Below, in pieces: positions 25,310 to 37,991 of a stretch of 64,000 bases of DNA. Made by a program: the position numbers and the translations under genes. The notes below the pieces were generated by a model. That model was not told the DNA's origin. It saw nothing but the letters and a program-made list of their open reading frames with translations, and ran no database searches. The DNA comes from Antedon mediterranea (taxonomy: Eukaryota; Animalia; Echinodermata): the NCBI RefSeq assembly GCF_964355755.1, contig NC_092678.1:19237365-19301364 (forward strand), in the 5' to 3' direction. Numbering within the stretch: position 1 is the stretch's first letter; each line of letters starts with the position of its first letter.

Positions 25310-26452
25310 AATTAATCTCTTAAATATCTTGGAATCACTTTCGATTTTTCAGGAAATTGGGAAAAGGCCAAAGAACAAAATAATACACAGGCTAATAAAG
25401 CACTTTTCTCACTAAAATATATAGTATATCAAAAATATGAACATCTACCAGTGAATATTTGGAACTACCGTACTTATTTGATGTTAAAATAAACCCAATT
25501 ATACTGTAGGGTAGTGAAATATGGGGACAACTAAACAACAAAAAAATTGATGATATTCAAAATAATTTCTGTAGATATGTTTTAGGGGTCGGGAAATAAG
25601 CCACAAATGTTTCAATTAGAGGAGAATGTGGACGATTCTCTTTATCAATCGAAAGTGTACTCAATGTTATCCGTTATTGGGTAAGACTAGTAAATATGAA
25701 CGAGGACAAATATGCGAAGAAATGTTATAAATCTCAACTTCATAAAGCACAAAATAATAGTAATTGTTGGGTAAGCGATGTAAAACATATGTTATGCTCT
25801 ATTGGTCATGGAAGCATATGGTTTTCACAAAATAATGTCCTTGATAAATTTTATATAATTAATAAAATAAAAGAAAGGCTAACCGATATGGAACGCCAAT
25901 CCTTTCATGAAAGCATAAATATTTCTTCAAAATTAAGATATTATAAAATGTTCAAAAACAATTTCGGAGTAGATGGATACTTACTACAGACCCTTGATAC
26001 TAGATATAAGCGAGCTTTAAGTCAACTAAGACTGGGCAAACTTCAACTAGAGGTAGAAAAGGGAAGATGGAAAAGAATAAAGCGCAGCAATAGGTTATGT
26101 AAAATATGTAATATATGAAGTTGAAGATGAATATCATTTTGTTACGGTTTGCTCTCGTTACAAGGAAATCAGAAAAAAATTATACCTTCTTTATTTTTTG
26201 AAAATCCTAATACTTTTAAATTCTGCCGTTTAATGTCATCACAGGATCCAAAAATTATTGATAATCTATCTAAATATATTTATCATGCTTATAAGTTAAG
26301 ATATATGTTTTGCTTAGAGAACGAAATTAATTAATTAATTTATCTTGTGACCATAAATTGCTTTATTTTTCAATGTAATTATTATTTTGTTAATAACTAG
26401 GGGCCAAAGGCCTAAAGTAAATAAAGTCAGGCGATAAGCCTGAATGAATGAA
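25310..26452 (+). mobile_element. 3' fragment of an RTE-X-like LINE, decayed
   Basis: PII.*GSEIWG, RGECGR, KLRYYKMFK, LEVEKGRW, CKIC...EDEYHF...C (CCHC motif) across stops and frameshifts; AATAAA and a (TGAA)n tail. Absent from the paralogous intergenic blocks. Confidence 0.78.
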
Positions 26453-26796
26453 TTATTCTTTTACCTCATATCATTTCTGTATTTTATTTTGTATTGTATT
26501 GCTATGGAAGAAAATAAATGTTGTTTGAAATGAAATGAAATAGTGAAGGCTCTAAATATATCGTTTATACAAAATATATATTCAAGTGACGTGAAATGAA
26601 TGATGGTCCAAAATATCTTTTTTTTTCCGATATGCAACGCGCAAGCTCCGCTTTTTTTTTTTTAAACAAGTTGATCTGCATATGCGTGAGTAGGCCTACA
26701 ATCGCCAAACGAAAACATTACCGAATGCCGAATGGTATCGAAACACGGAAGAATAGATAAATGTGCGCAGAATAATTATGAAGACTAAAGGTAAGA

Positions 26797-27408
26797 TTAT
26801 ATTAACGGTAAAATAGCTAAGATAAACACTGTAAACAAAGATCCCTTTGAACTTGACGAACGGGAGCACTTGTTTTCTTCAACAATTTCATTCTGAATGT
26901 CAATCAAATTGTCCAAACTTTTGTCTCAACATAACCATATCTTCGCCCCTTTAAGAAAAATAGTATAATACTTTCTAACAAAATTGTGCCCAATAAGTTT
27001 TTAGATAGTAATGTTTTATTTTCTACGGGGTGGAGACATTTATTTTACCAACACAAATGCAAAGTGTTGACTGCATATATTAATAGTAACAATTGATCAA
27101 ATTAGGCCTAGCGCCTACTTTCCATATTCATAATTTTAGAAAAGCTGAAAAGTGTTATGAAATCAGAAGGGAAATGTCGTCGATAATTGCAGTCCTAGAA
27201 TTTCATTTTAAGTATATCCCTCAGGCAAACTGTATATAAACATTATAACCATACCTCCTCTACAAATTAATCCTCGTGAAATGCATTGTGACCAGAATGG
27301 TTTGAACAATAAGACATACGGGGCGCTTCTTTCCACCACTTTCTTAACATATCCACTCTTTCCTTTGTCCAATCTAACTCTTGTAAAGCTACACGGAAGC
27401 TTTTGTTC
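26797..27408 (-). pseudogene. Decayed extra pair of MOXD1 terminal exons (C/D-type exons 12 and 13)
   Basis: Exon 27408-27255 matches C/D exon 12 but has GAA>TAA at 27267-27269. Exon 26948-26797 is 152 nt versus 153 nt in C and D (1-nt deletion). Splice sites are retained. Confidence 0.88.
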
Positions 27409-27983
27409 CTAACATCAAGGAAACGGGAAGGAAAATGCTATTATGATAACTTATTAACATAAGCGCTAATTTTTTTTCTCTTTTGTGGGGGCAACCCACT
27501 TTTATTGCAATGATAAACAATATGGTGATGGTTACAGTATATATGTCTATCTATCTATTTATCAATGAATATTTAAGTGATATTACACAGACAGAGGTTA
27601 AAAGATTATATAAAATATTTTGATATTGTGTTGAAATCTAGATAAAACAAACATGTATACAGAGAAAATTTATATTACAGAGCTAAAACGATATAAAGAT
27701 TGATATTCAGTATTAAAAAGAGATTCGATATAATATAAATATATATGATAAAATGGTATTGCATTATAAGATTATATAGTCAGACTTCAATACAATTTCT
27801 GTTCACCTCCTGAAGTATTTACATCCTTTTTTAGTCTTTAAAATAATGTAAAACGTTTTATAATATTTTATATTTGTGCAATGGTCCAATTAATTTTATT
27901 TGGTAAAAGACGAATTATTCTCATGACATTATTTTGGACATTCAGTATTTTGTGTGCTATTGGATATTTTAAGTTGAACACTA

Positions 27984-30900
27984 TCAATATGTTACGAAAG
28001 TGCTATAAATAGATAACATAACGACGATAACTAACGATCCCTTCAAACCGGTGGACTGAGAACATTTATCTTCAAAAACAATTTCATTCTGAATGTCAAT
28101 TAAACTTTCCAAACTGCCTGTCTTTATGTAACCATCATCATCAGCCTAAAAAAAACAATTTTTAATCGAAAGGTCCATTTTGTGTTAAAGTTAAGAATGT
28201 TGGTCATGACATTTCACTTGAAATTGAACATTGAACATATTATGTTAAAGATATATTGTCCTCCTGAATGGTTATTTTTTAAATTTTTTAAAAAATATGC
28301 CATTTTGATGGTGCATAATATTTATTCACTTTGACCAAAAAAATATTTACATGAAAAACTGTAATTTAAGCACAAAATAGTAAAATTGGTTGCCATGCCA
28401 GCAAATGAGTTTTGTTTAAATTTAACTGTTTGTTTTATTTTTTTCTTTCTTTTATTTACCCATAAATATAAAGTAAACATTGTAAGATAAATAAAACATT
28501 TTCGTAAGTGAAACATTAGTTTTTTTCTGCGAAAATGAATAACTTTATTAAAACGAAAAAATAGCCCATTCAAAGTCTGATTTATTAATCTTTGTTTTTC
28601 ATATTTTTGGGAGACAATACATCTTTAAAGTATTGTTTAAATTGACAGCGGATGCACATGCGTAATTAGCATGTTCTCGTACCTCTTTAGGGAATGCAAT
28701 GTGACCAGAATAGTTCGTACAATACGAAATACGAGGCGCTTCTTTCCACCATGCCTTCACAACATCTACTCTTTCCTTTGTCCAGTCAAAATCTTGGAGT
28801 GTTTCGCGCAGTGTTTTGTTTCTTTTTTAAAAAAGTAGAGAAAGGAAAAAATACAATCAAGCTTTAAACTCTAATAAATGCCTAAAATTATCGCCATGTT
28901 ACCTAACACATGGAGGAAATATATCCTAATATAAAGCAGTTATTTTAGTTTAAATGTGATAAGCTGCAAATAATTTTATATAAAATTATATTCTCTCTAA
29001 GTAAATTGATTTTTTTTACTGTAGTTTGTTTTTCTCACGAGCGCCAATAGCGGGCTTTCTGTTGATTTGACTCGAGTAAAGGTATGGCACTCCATATGTT
29101 CCACAATAACTAGAATCTTGCGTGTACGATAGCTAGCTCTTAACGTAATTTAAAACATATGAAAAGATGGCAATGAAGATAGGGCCGTGAAAATAAAAGA
29201 CATTTACAGTAACAATATTTTAAACGAAACGTTAAACCTACCGCTCTTATTTGAAACTAACAACTCGATTCAAGATGTAACCGGTACAACGGATGTTTTC
29301 ACTGAAGACTGTTCAATATTTCAAAGACATGGTCTAAGTATTTTAAGTCTTAACATTGTTTCACTTATAGGTAATTTTGACAATTTTAAACACATTATAG
29401 AAAATAATGAAATTGATGTTATATCTTTAAATGAAACTCGCCTTGATTATACTATTAGTAATAATGATGTACGTATAAATGGCTATGATCTCTATCGTAA
29501 AGATCGTAACAGGGAAGGTGGAGGAGTTGCTGTGTACTTAAATCGCAACGGGAAGACTACTCATAAGTTAAGACCAGATCTTATGAATGAACATTTGGAA
29601 ATGTCTATTATTGAAATTAAACAACTAAATTCAAAACCATTCCTCCTTTTATCATGGTATAGACCCCCAAATTCTGATATGCAGATCTTTGAGAGAATAG
29701 AAAAAGTACTAGAGAATGTTGAAAGTACAAATTTAGAATATATGATAATTGGGGATGTAAATTGTGACACTCATTCTAAAAACCTATCTTGTTATACTAA
29801 AAAATTAATTGATATTGCTAAAAATTTTCATCTAACTCAATTAATAACTGAGCCAACGAGAATCACAGAAAATAGTAGTACTTTAATAGACCATATTTAC
29901 ACAACAGTTCCTAATAGTATCTCCAAATCAGGTGTTTTACATACAGGTATCAGTGACCATTCTGCTATCTATGTAATTGTTGGTAAACAAGAAAAGTGTA
30001 AAGCTCATAAGCATAAATATAAAACAAGTAGAAACTACAAACATTTTAATGAAAATGAATTTAAAAGGGATATTGAAAAAATAAACTGGCAAGAAATTCA
30101 ACATTATAATGATATTGATGACGCTACATATTTTTTCGAATCTAATTTTCTTAAAATTGCTAATGATTATGCCCCGCTAAAAAAGAAGAGGGTGCGAAAC
30201 AAAACTAGTCCTTGGCTAACAGATGATCTAGTTAGGTCTATGCGTGAGCGTGATGTACTAAAAAAGAAAGCATCTAAAACTAATACACCTGAAATGTGGG
30301 CTCAATACAAACTAAGTAAAAATAAGGTAAATGCTGAAATAAAGAAATGTAAAAAAGAATATTTTTCTAAACAATTAGATACAAAAGATTCAAAGAAAAT
30401 ATGGGAAACTTTAAGATATATTGTCCCAGCAAAGAGTATAAACACTGAAATATCAAACTTAAAAACAAATGATAACAAACTAACAGCAGACTCTTCTAAA
30501 ATAGCCAACAATTTAAACAAATATTTTTCTAAAATAGGACCTGACCTTGCAAAAAACATCCCACCAGAAATTCCTAGATTACTTATTGTAAATAATACTA
30601 ATCAAAGTAGGGACCTACTTAAATTTAGTTTTGTTAATCAGGAATATATTTATAAACAATTAAACGCACTCGATGTTAGTAAAGCGACAGGCTTAGATGA
30701 GCTTCCAGCTAAAATGCTTAAGTTGGTTATTGATCAAATCGTTGGACCTCTCACTTATTTGGTAAATCTCTCACTCTCAACCAGTACTTTTCCAAAAAGA
30801 TGGAAATGTGCCAAAATATGCCCAGTGTTTAAGGGGGGAGATAGGACTGAAGCTAGCAACTACAGACCCATATCAATTTTACCGATTCTTTCTAAAATTA

Positions 30901-33900
30901 TCGAGAGGGTTGTATTTGATCAGGTCTATCAATTTATTAACTCAAAAAATATGATTTATGCTTACCAATCAGGATTTCGTCCTAATTTCTCTACTGTATC
31001 TTCATTATTAAACATTACAGAAGATTGGATAAATGATATTGATTGTGGGAAGTATATAGGTTTAGTCATGCTTGATCTGAAAAAAGCTTTCGACACGGTA
31101 GACCATACCATACTTATAGACAAGCTTAAATCATTTAACTTAGATGTCTCTATTATAAATTGGTTTAAAGACTATCTTTGTGATCGTACGCACTTAACAC
31201 AAGTAAATGGTGTCCGATCAGATAAATGCTATAGTAATTGTGGAATCCCCCAAGGATCAATTTTGGGACCACTCTTATTTATACTTTATGTAAATGATCT
31301 ACCAAAGCATGTAAATAGTGTACAGATTAGTATGTATGCAGATGATACAGCTCTTTACTTTGCATCTTCTGATATAAATGAAGTACTTGCAAAAATTAAT
31401 GAAGATTTAAAAAAAATCAAATCATGGCTAGCAAGTAACAAGCTTAGTCTAAATGTAAATAAAACTCAGTGTATGTTTATAGGAACACAACAAAGGCTTG
31501 CAAAATTAGCAAACATTGATCTAAATTTAAACATAGACAATGTTCGGCTACAAAGAGTAAAAAGCTGTAAACATCTAGGTGTTGTTATTGATGAATATTT
31601 ACTGTGGGATAAACAAATAGATAATGTTAAAAGTAAAGTATTGCCAGGCTTGTACTACTTAAAAAAATCTTCAAATCTCGTCCCAAAACATGTATCTTGC
31701 TTAATGTATAATAGTATTATCTCTCCACAGTTTAACTATTGTAATATTGTGTGGGGCAGATCAAATAAAAAAAATACTAATAAACTACAAATGCTACAAA
31801 ACAGAGCAGCCAAAATTATTACAAAAACAAGGAAATACGACTCAAGTACACAAGCCCTGCAAAACTTAAACTGGATAAATCTTAATACTCAACTACATAA
31901 TAATGAAGCCAAAATGTTATATAAAATATTCCATAATCAAGCACCACCATATCTAAACGAACTATTTACACCCAAACTAGACACATACAATACAAGATCA
32001 AAGGATGTATTAAAATTGGATAAACCCAAAACAGAATATAAAAAAAAAAGTTTTTCATATCATGGTGCTAGTTTATGGAATACTCTAAAAAAACCAATGC
32101 AAAATGCCACAAATTTGAATACTTTCAAAAAATTATTGGTGTGATTTATTATTTATTTTGTACTCTTATCACAAATGTAATTAAGGTTTCTGTTCATATA
32201 TTTTTGTTCTCTAATTTGTTATTTTTAAAATTTGTTATTTTTAAAATTTGTTATTTTTAAAATTTGTTATTTTTAAATGTGTAATGTACTACTGTTAGTT
32301 GATCACGGCCTTGTAGAAGAACACCTTTATGGTGACACAAGCTTTTCCGTGTTAAAATAAAGTATTTATTATTATTATTATTATTATTACTCACTTTAGG
32401 TCACCTAAGTTAAGATTTTCCTCTAAGGAATCTGGTTGTGGAGCATTGTAACAACTTTCGGCATTAGCTTTCGGATAGTAAAATAGGAAAGCCAGACACA
32501 TTTCCTCCGTTGCCGCCAATCCTCCCTAAAACATTCATTTTAAATTACATAATAATTATTTTGAACTCCAGTTTTTGAAGTAAAGTTGTGAAGTGTGGTT
32601 ATGATGCTCCAAGGGTCCTGGGTTCAAGCCCCGTCACATGTCAGAATCTTTTCTAAGATTAAATTACAACTTCCCAAAGACTTGTAATAAGACTTTGTTA
32701 TTTATAACATCTTGTGTGTATGTTTTTCTTGTGAACCTCTGAGGGTCCCTAATGATCAGCAATTGCTGGATTGATCACGCTCATTAGATATGGTAAAAAA
32801 GGAAGCTAAAACACGCTAAGCATGCTTTCCACTATTGTACTAAAATACTCACAGAAATAACCTTTGTTCTGTCCATTGTATTATATGTACATTCTACTAA
32901 TAGATCATCTTCCTGTAAAAAATAAGACAAAACATTTAGATTCTTCTTCTTCTTCAAGATTTAACAGTCAACTGCACGACATATCCCCTCCTCCAAAGCC
33001 TCCATTTACATATCCTTAACCAGTTCTTTACATTCGGTGCATCCAAACACACGTATTTTACTTTATGTATTCAAAAGTAAAAACATTACCGGCTTTACTA
33101 TCAAATGATCTTTTAGGTAACGAAATTCTTGGAGATCGAAGTCGTAGGCAGAATCTTTGGCAATTTCTCCAATGTATTTTCCATTTCTATAATGTGTTGC
33201 TCGCATTCCAACTCCTGTAAAACAAATTAATCAAACACATTATCTTGAAAGTGGAACTGAACACCACGTAACGGTTGAAAATGGCTGAACCTCAACTCGT
33301 GTATTGGGTTTGTGTAATATAATTGAGTTATAAAGTAAAGCTGTGTGCAGCCATTATAGTATAGCCAATATATCACAAGTTACATTATTATTTTTCTTTT
33401 GATTTTGGTTGTATCATTGTAAAACATTAAAGCAGACTCTTCAATAAAAAAAATTTGCTAAATAATTACATTTATACACGTTAAAAATGCAGTTACTGCA
33501 GTAGAATACTTTTGACATGATACATTAACGTGGTATTCGTAGGCTTGTAAAGGTTTATCGCAAATAGCGTGAGCGATGCATGATGGGAAGTGTTTGGGAG
33601 CAATAGCGCCACTAACAATATATAAAGTTTTTATTAGACGGTGACGCTATTGCTCCCAAACCCAATTCCTATCATGCATTGTGCACTGACGTTCCTTGCG
33701 AAATCAAGCTATTTGCGATAAACCTTATTATTGTTCACAACTGTTTGTATGGTATTGGATTTGGATATTATCAGTTGTTCGTTTATAAAATGAAATGTTA
33801 AAAACCTGCTAAATGCGCATGTAAAAAGACTGCAAAAACCTTCAATTCGCCTTCTTGGAGAAACTACAAAATAAAACAAAATATATTTTGAGCATGAATT

Positions 33901-36900
33901 ATTACAACTAAATGGCATTTCAATAACAATATCAACATGCATTTAATAAAGAAAAATAATCCATCTAGATCTAAAATCTAAAAATAATAGTAGGCCTATT
34001 ATTATAATACTACGTAAATGTATAATGTTATATGCGAAATAAAGGAAAAGAATGAATAAATATCTACCTCGGTTAGGCACTTAGAATCGCAGGATCCGTG
34101 GACTAGAAACGCCTCCTCTTTTGGCGGGATTGGACCGAATGCAAAAACTGCAGCACCTACCGTCAGTAAACTCGAATCATATTCACGTATGATTGGAGTG
34201 TAATGAATTCGTACACCAGAGTTATCTTTAACCCCTAAAATAAAAGGATACCACCATTAGTGGCGAATTTGAGTAGGCCCCTATTGTGGAAAGTGCGAAA
34301 GGCACCGACTGCTCGACTTTGTGTTACTTTACTTCGCTTATTTATGAAAGCCTAGGCGTAAACTTAATATAATAATTAGTTTTTATTCAGATTTCATTCT
34401 TTCAATCGTATTGCCATTCACTAATTTGATCAATACTATTACAAGAGAAATGTTCTTGTCTACTAAAAGATTAGTTAAATGAAAAATTCTAATTGTTAGG
34501 TAGGTATGCTATTGATGTTGCTTTTGCTTATGATTTTTATGTTTATTTAGAGATCTTTGGGGATGTTGCCCATTTCTTAACAAAAGAGCAATACCTGTAA
34601 GTAGCTGTGCATTGTCATAGTGCACGGTAAGTTGCAAATACTTGACTGAATCTTCTCCAGCTATTCTGTAACCAACGTTTTCTGGAAACTCTAAAGACTG
34701 AATATTTTTTTAAGAAAATGCTTAAATAATTTTGTTATTTGCATTTACTATTTAAATAACTTTATAGAAAACATTCTTATTTATTGACATAAATAAATAT
34801 GTATTTTAACGGTACTCTATAATGATACCTTTGGGCGGCCATTAAAATACTTTTGCGAGAACTTTGAAATGCATATAAATCTTCACTTACCCCTCCCCCG
34901 ATGGCCCATGCATAAATAATTTTCGAACACGAGCTGAATTGGTACATAGCATCAACGTAGTGCAAACTCCTATTGCCAGTGATGTTTGTAAGCCCATAGC
35001 ATTCCTTTAGAACTAAGTGATGAACGATTCCTTCATTACCAGGTTGAACGACAGGCTCAATCTACAATTGATTTGTAAGCACATATACCGTTGGAAAATC
35101 TCATTAAAGAGTAGGCCTATTGACAACGGTAGACAAAGGAGACTGGATTACAAACATTCTAGGCCTACAAATTTTAGATCTAAGATCAAAAAGGGTTTTT
35201 TCCATTTTCTGAAAACAGGAAATGGCGGCTATTTTAGGGGATTTACGAGCACTTTTAGTATCATTAGACATTCTTTTTGGACCAAAAAAAATAGCTTGTT
35301 ACCAGAAATGTCCAGGTTCAATCATGTTTAATCTATCTTTAATGTTATATTCTTACCCGAATTACATGTTGCGGAGTTGCCAGCTCAGGTATTTCATCGT
35401 GGTAGGTCCAATATGTAGTGACTTGGTTGTCGGGAACTATTAACTGAAAACATATGATTAAATAACGTGTCATTTCAGATAATTGTTCAACATTATGTTT
35501 TGTGATAAATAGAGTGAGTTACTATAGAGAGGAAAATTGTGAGAAGCAATATAGTTGTTATAATAACATATGAGAGAAACTACAGCTATCTTGTAAAACT
35601 ACATATTCATAATTATTTCAATACAGAAAACAAGAAAGTATATAAGGAGGGCTAAACTTATCTGGCACACAATTAAATATTCCTTATAAAGTTGTGTTCA
35701 ATACAGACAATCGGTACATTGTTTATTTATTTATTTATTTATTTGTTGACCCATTCACCTTTGGATCGGTGGCACTCACAGCATGCGGTGCTGTCCAAAA
35801 ACAAAACATAATTTGAAAAGGAAACCAAAAGAAGGAAAACATAATGAGAAAAAAATATAAAACAATTAAACTATATACAAGTACAATAACAATACAACAA
35901 AAACAGTCATTGGAAATATTTCAACGAAGACCGTTTCTCCCATGTTTGCATTTTATTGCTATTTATGGTAAAACTCGAAATATCAAAATGGAGGTACTGT
36001 ACAGGTAATGTATTTCAGTATCCGTACTCACATTGTCAACCAATATATCAAAACTCTTCGTCCCTTCCGGCAATTCGGTTAATTTTGACGAAATGACATC
36101 GAGAAAAACGACAGATTTAACACCCCGTCGTTGAGGGCCATGATATACTGCAGTCTGTCCACCATCGGGATCATCTGGGTGGTACGACCAGATTACTCTA
36201 ACTGTATCAGACTGTGAAATAAAAACTGTTCGTTATGCATGGCTTAATCACTACACTATCAAACTAGTGATGTTTCCAAATATGGTAGTGATATGCCCAA
36301 ATATGGTAGTGATATAACATCATCATGTCCATTATATGGGAACATCACCTTTTTTGACACAAAGTTTGATGTAGATAAGCTTCTCCTGAAAAGGAGCGTA
36401 CCAAAAAGGTTCTGCTGTATTATGGTTAATTAATTAGGCATTATTTCATAATACTATTAAATATTGTATTATGTATATATATATATATATATAATTACTC
36501 ATTCACTATCTAGGAGTGGTTGCAATGTTTGGTGGGGTTGATTGATTGATCCAATATCGAGTTTTCTTTTTGGACATCGGTTTAGGTAAGTAAAATAAAT
36601 TATTTGAGATTTCATGGCAAAATTAAAATAATAATCAATATAATAAAAAAAAAATGTTCTTTTTAATAACATATACCGGTATGCTACTTTTAGGTAAAAT
36701 ATACTGATATGCTACTGTACAATATAATAAACTGACAATTATAAACAATCATTGGGTGTTAAGGATCATTTATTTTACACAATACTTACAGTTATATCGT
36801 AATCATTGACGTCACAGGTAACCAATTTTCGCTGGTAGCCTATTGTTGTTAGACCATCTGATTCACTTCCGTACAATATCTCGTAATCCTCTAGTGCATC

Positions 36901-37991
36901 AACTTTAGGTTCTTCGTTACCAATGCCGTGTCGATCCTTAAATATAAAATTTTTGATTATAAGCCTAGGTCAACGTATATAGTTTAAGCGATTTGAAAAG
37001 GTATTTATTGGATTAGTTTTTATCATAAAGGAAATGAGAGGACACAAGTCATGGTCAATTGTGTTTTTTTTATTTCCCTGAGTTTTTTTATTTGTATAGT
37101 TCTGCAAATTATACATTATATTGGAAATACTATTATGACTTCTATATCCATGGAATTTACCAGTAAAAAATATAATTAAAAAATGTAACAATAATGAGAA
37201 AAGCGTGGAAATCAACACAGACTTAACCCGGTTGTCCAGAAGAATGAACTTTACCTTTTTTTAGTTAAACAAATATTTGTACAGAAATCTACTGACTTAC
37301 TTACAATACATAAATTCGACTCTTAGGAAGCTCTATTCTACGAAATATTCAAATAGGGACATTACTTACAAAAATTATGGGAAACACTTCTCACTCATTA
37401 TTACACAATGAATTTATTGTAAATAGATCAGGAAGAGTTAGACCACCACGATCAACTAATTCACGTTTTAGACTATCTTTTGTTCCAAATGCTATTCATA
37501 TTTTTAATTCACGATTTAAGATAAGTTTGTAATACCGATGCCTACTTTATAAGGAAACCAGATTGAAAATATACTTAATCTGAAGCCAAATCTTTGTTTG
37601 TCTTAATGTTGAAAATGATATGACTGACTATATCGTTGCATGTATAAACGTATAGGCCTTTATTCATGTTTAAAAAAAAACTAGAAATAATTCTTACTGA
37701 AATGAATGGTGTACCATCAACAACCCAAGCCATCATGATGTCGGCTCCTTTCATTCCTCCATTGCTGTTAAGACCAATCCCAACGTAGCCCGTTGTATTC
37801 GCACGAACCTCAAATATAATTGTATCATCTCCAACTTTCCAAAATAATTGAACGTTTTCCTCGCTATCAAGAAACACATTGTGATTGAATTTCATCTCAC
37901 CAAACACACCAAGAGTGCAAAGCAAGAAAACCAGAGAACGCGACATTATCGTCATTATTAACGAAAATAAAATCGATGAACTTCGTTTCAT
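27984..37991 (-). CDS. MOXD1: DBH-like monooxygenase 1 (MOXD1-like), copy B; intact, 13 exons, about 607 aa
   Basis: Exons 37991-37698, 36936-36790, 36211-36032, 35443-35357, 35061-34891, 34697-34595, 34234-34068, 33863-33806, 33214-33090, 32912-32853, 32525-32395, 28821-28683, 28145-27984 total 1824 nt and are open. Signal peptide, DOMON, CuH ligands (VHHLVL, VHYDN), CuM ligands (LHAHL, EEMC) and a hydrophobic C-terminal tail. Confidence 0.93.
28249..28624. mobile_element. Kolobok-like MITE (TTAA TSD)
   Basis: TTAA|AGATATATTGTCC ... GGAGACAATACATCT|TTAA; same TIR type as 42908-43435. Confidence 0.75.
29030..32389 (+). mobile_element. Young non-LTR retrotransposon (single ORF, 3' UTR, (ATT)n tail)
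   Basis: The ORF above, a 3' UTR with an ATTTGTTATTTTTAAA x4 repeat, AATAAA, and an (ATT)n tail ending beside the exon 11 donor. 5' boundary approximate. Absent from intron 11 of copies C and D. Confidence 0.88.
29187..32144 (+). CDS. Intact LINE ORF2 (APE endonuclease plus reverse transcriptase), L2/Crack/CR1 group, antisense in intron 11 of MOXD1-B
   Basis: 985-codon ORF with LNETRL, YRPP, IGDVN, TLIDHIY, ISDH (endonuclease) and NYRPISILP, QSGFR, LDLKKAFDTVDH, GIPQGSILGPLLF, MYADDT, KHLGV (RT). Confidence 0.96.
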   Translation: MKIKDIYSNNILNETLNLPLLFETNNSIQDVTGTTDVFTEDCSIFQRHGLSILSLNIVSLIGNFDNFKHIIENNEIDVISLNETRLDYTISNNDVRINGYDLYRKDRNREGGGVAVYLNRNGKTTHKLRPDLMNEHLEMSIIEIKQLNSKPFLLLSWYRPPNSDMQIFERIEKVLENVESTNLEYMIIGDVNCDTHSKNLSCYTKKLIDIAKNFHLTQLITEPTRITENSSTLIDHIYTTVPNSISKSGVLHTGISDHSAIYVIVGKQEKCKAHKHKYKTSRNYKHFNENEFKRDIEKINWQEIQHYNDIDDATYFFESNFLKIANDYAPLKKKRVRNKTSPWLTDDLVRSMRERDVLKKKASKTNTPEMWAQYKLSKNKVNAEIKKCKKEYFSKQLDTKDSKKIWETLRYIVPAKSINTEISNLKTNDNKLTADSSKIANNLNKYFSKIGPDLAKNIPPEIPRLLIVNNTNQSRDLLKFSFVNQEYIYKQLNALDVSKATGLDELPAKMLKLVIDQIVGPLTYLVNLSLSTSTFPKRWKCAKICPVFKGGDRTEASNYRPISILPILSKIIERVVFDQVYQFINSKNMIYAYQSGFRPNFSTVSSLLNITEDWINDIDCGKYIGLVMLDLKKAFDTVDHTILIDKLKSFNLDVSIINWFKDYLCDRTHLTQVNGVRSDKCYSNCGIPQGSILGPLLFILYVNDLPKHVNSVQISMYADDTALYFASSDINEVLAKINEDLKKIKSWLASNKLSLNVNKTQCMFIGTQQRLAKLANIDLNLNIDNVRLQRVKSCKHLGVVIDEYLLWDKQIDNVKSKVLPGLYYLKKSSNLVPKHVSCLMYNSIISPQFNYCNIVWGRSNKKNTNKLQMLQNRAAKIITKTRKYDSSTQALQNLNWINLNTQLHNNEAKMLYKIFHNQAPPYLNELFTPKLDTYNTRSKDVLKLDKPKTEYKKKSFSYHGASLWNTLKKPMQNATNLNTFKKLLV
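32585..32790 (+). mobile_element. Probable tRNA-derived SINE
   Basis: Degenerate A box (AGTGTGGTTA) and B box (GGTTCAAGCCC); no complete cloverleaf. Confidence 0.45.
33550..33726. mobile_element. Palindromic MITE
   Basis: TIR AAGGTTTATCGCAAATAGC / GCTATTTGCGATAAACCTT plus inner inverted TTTGGGAGCAATAGCG / CGCTATTGCTCCCAAA. Confidence 0.75.
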
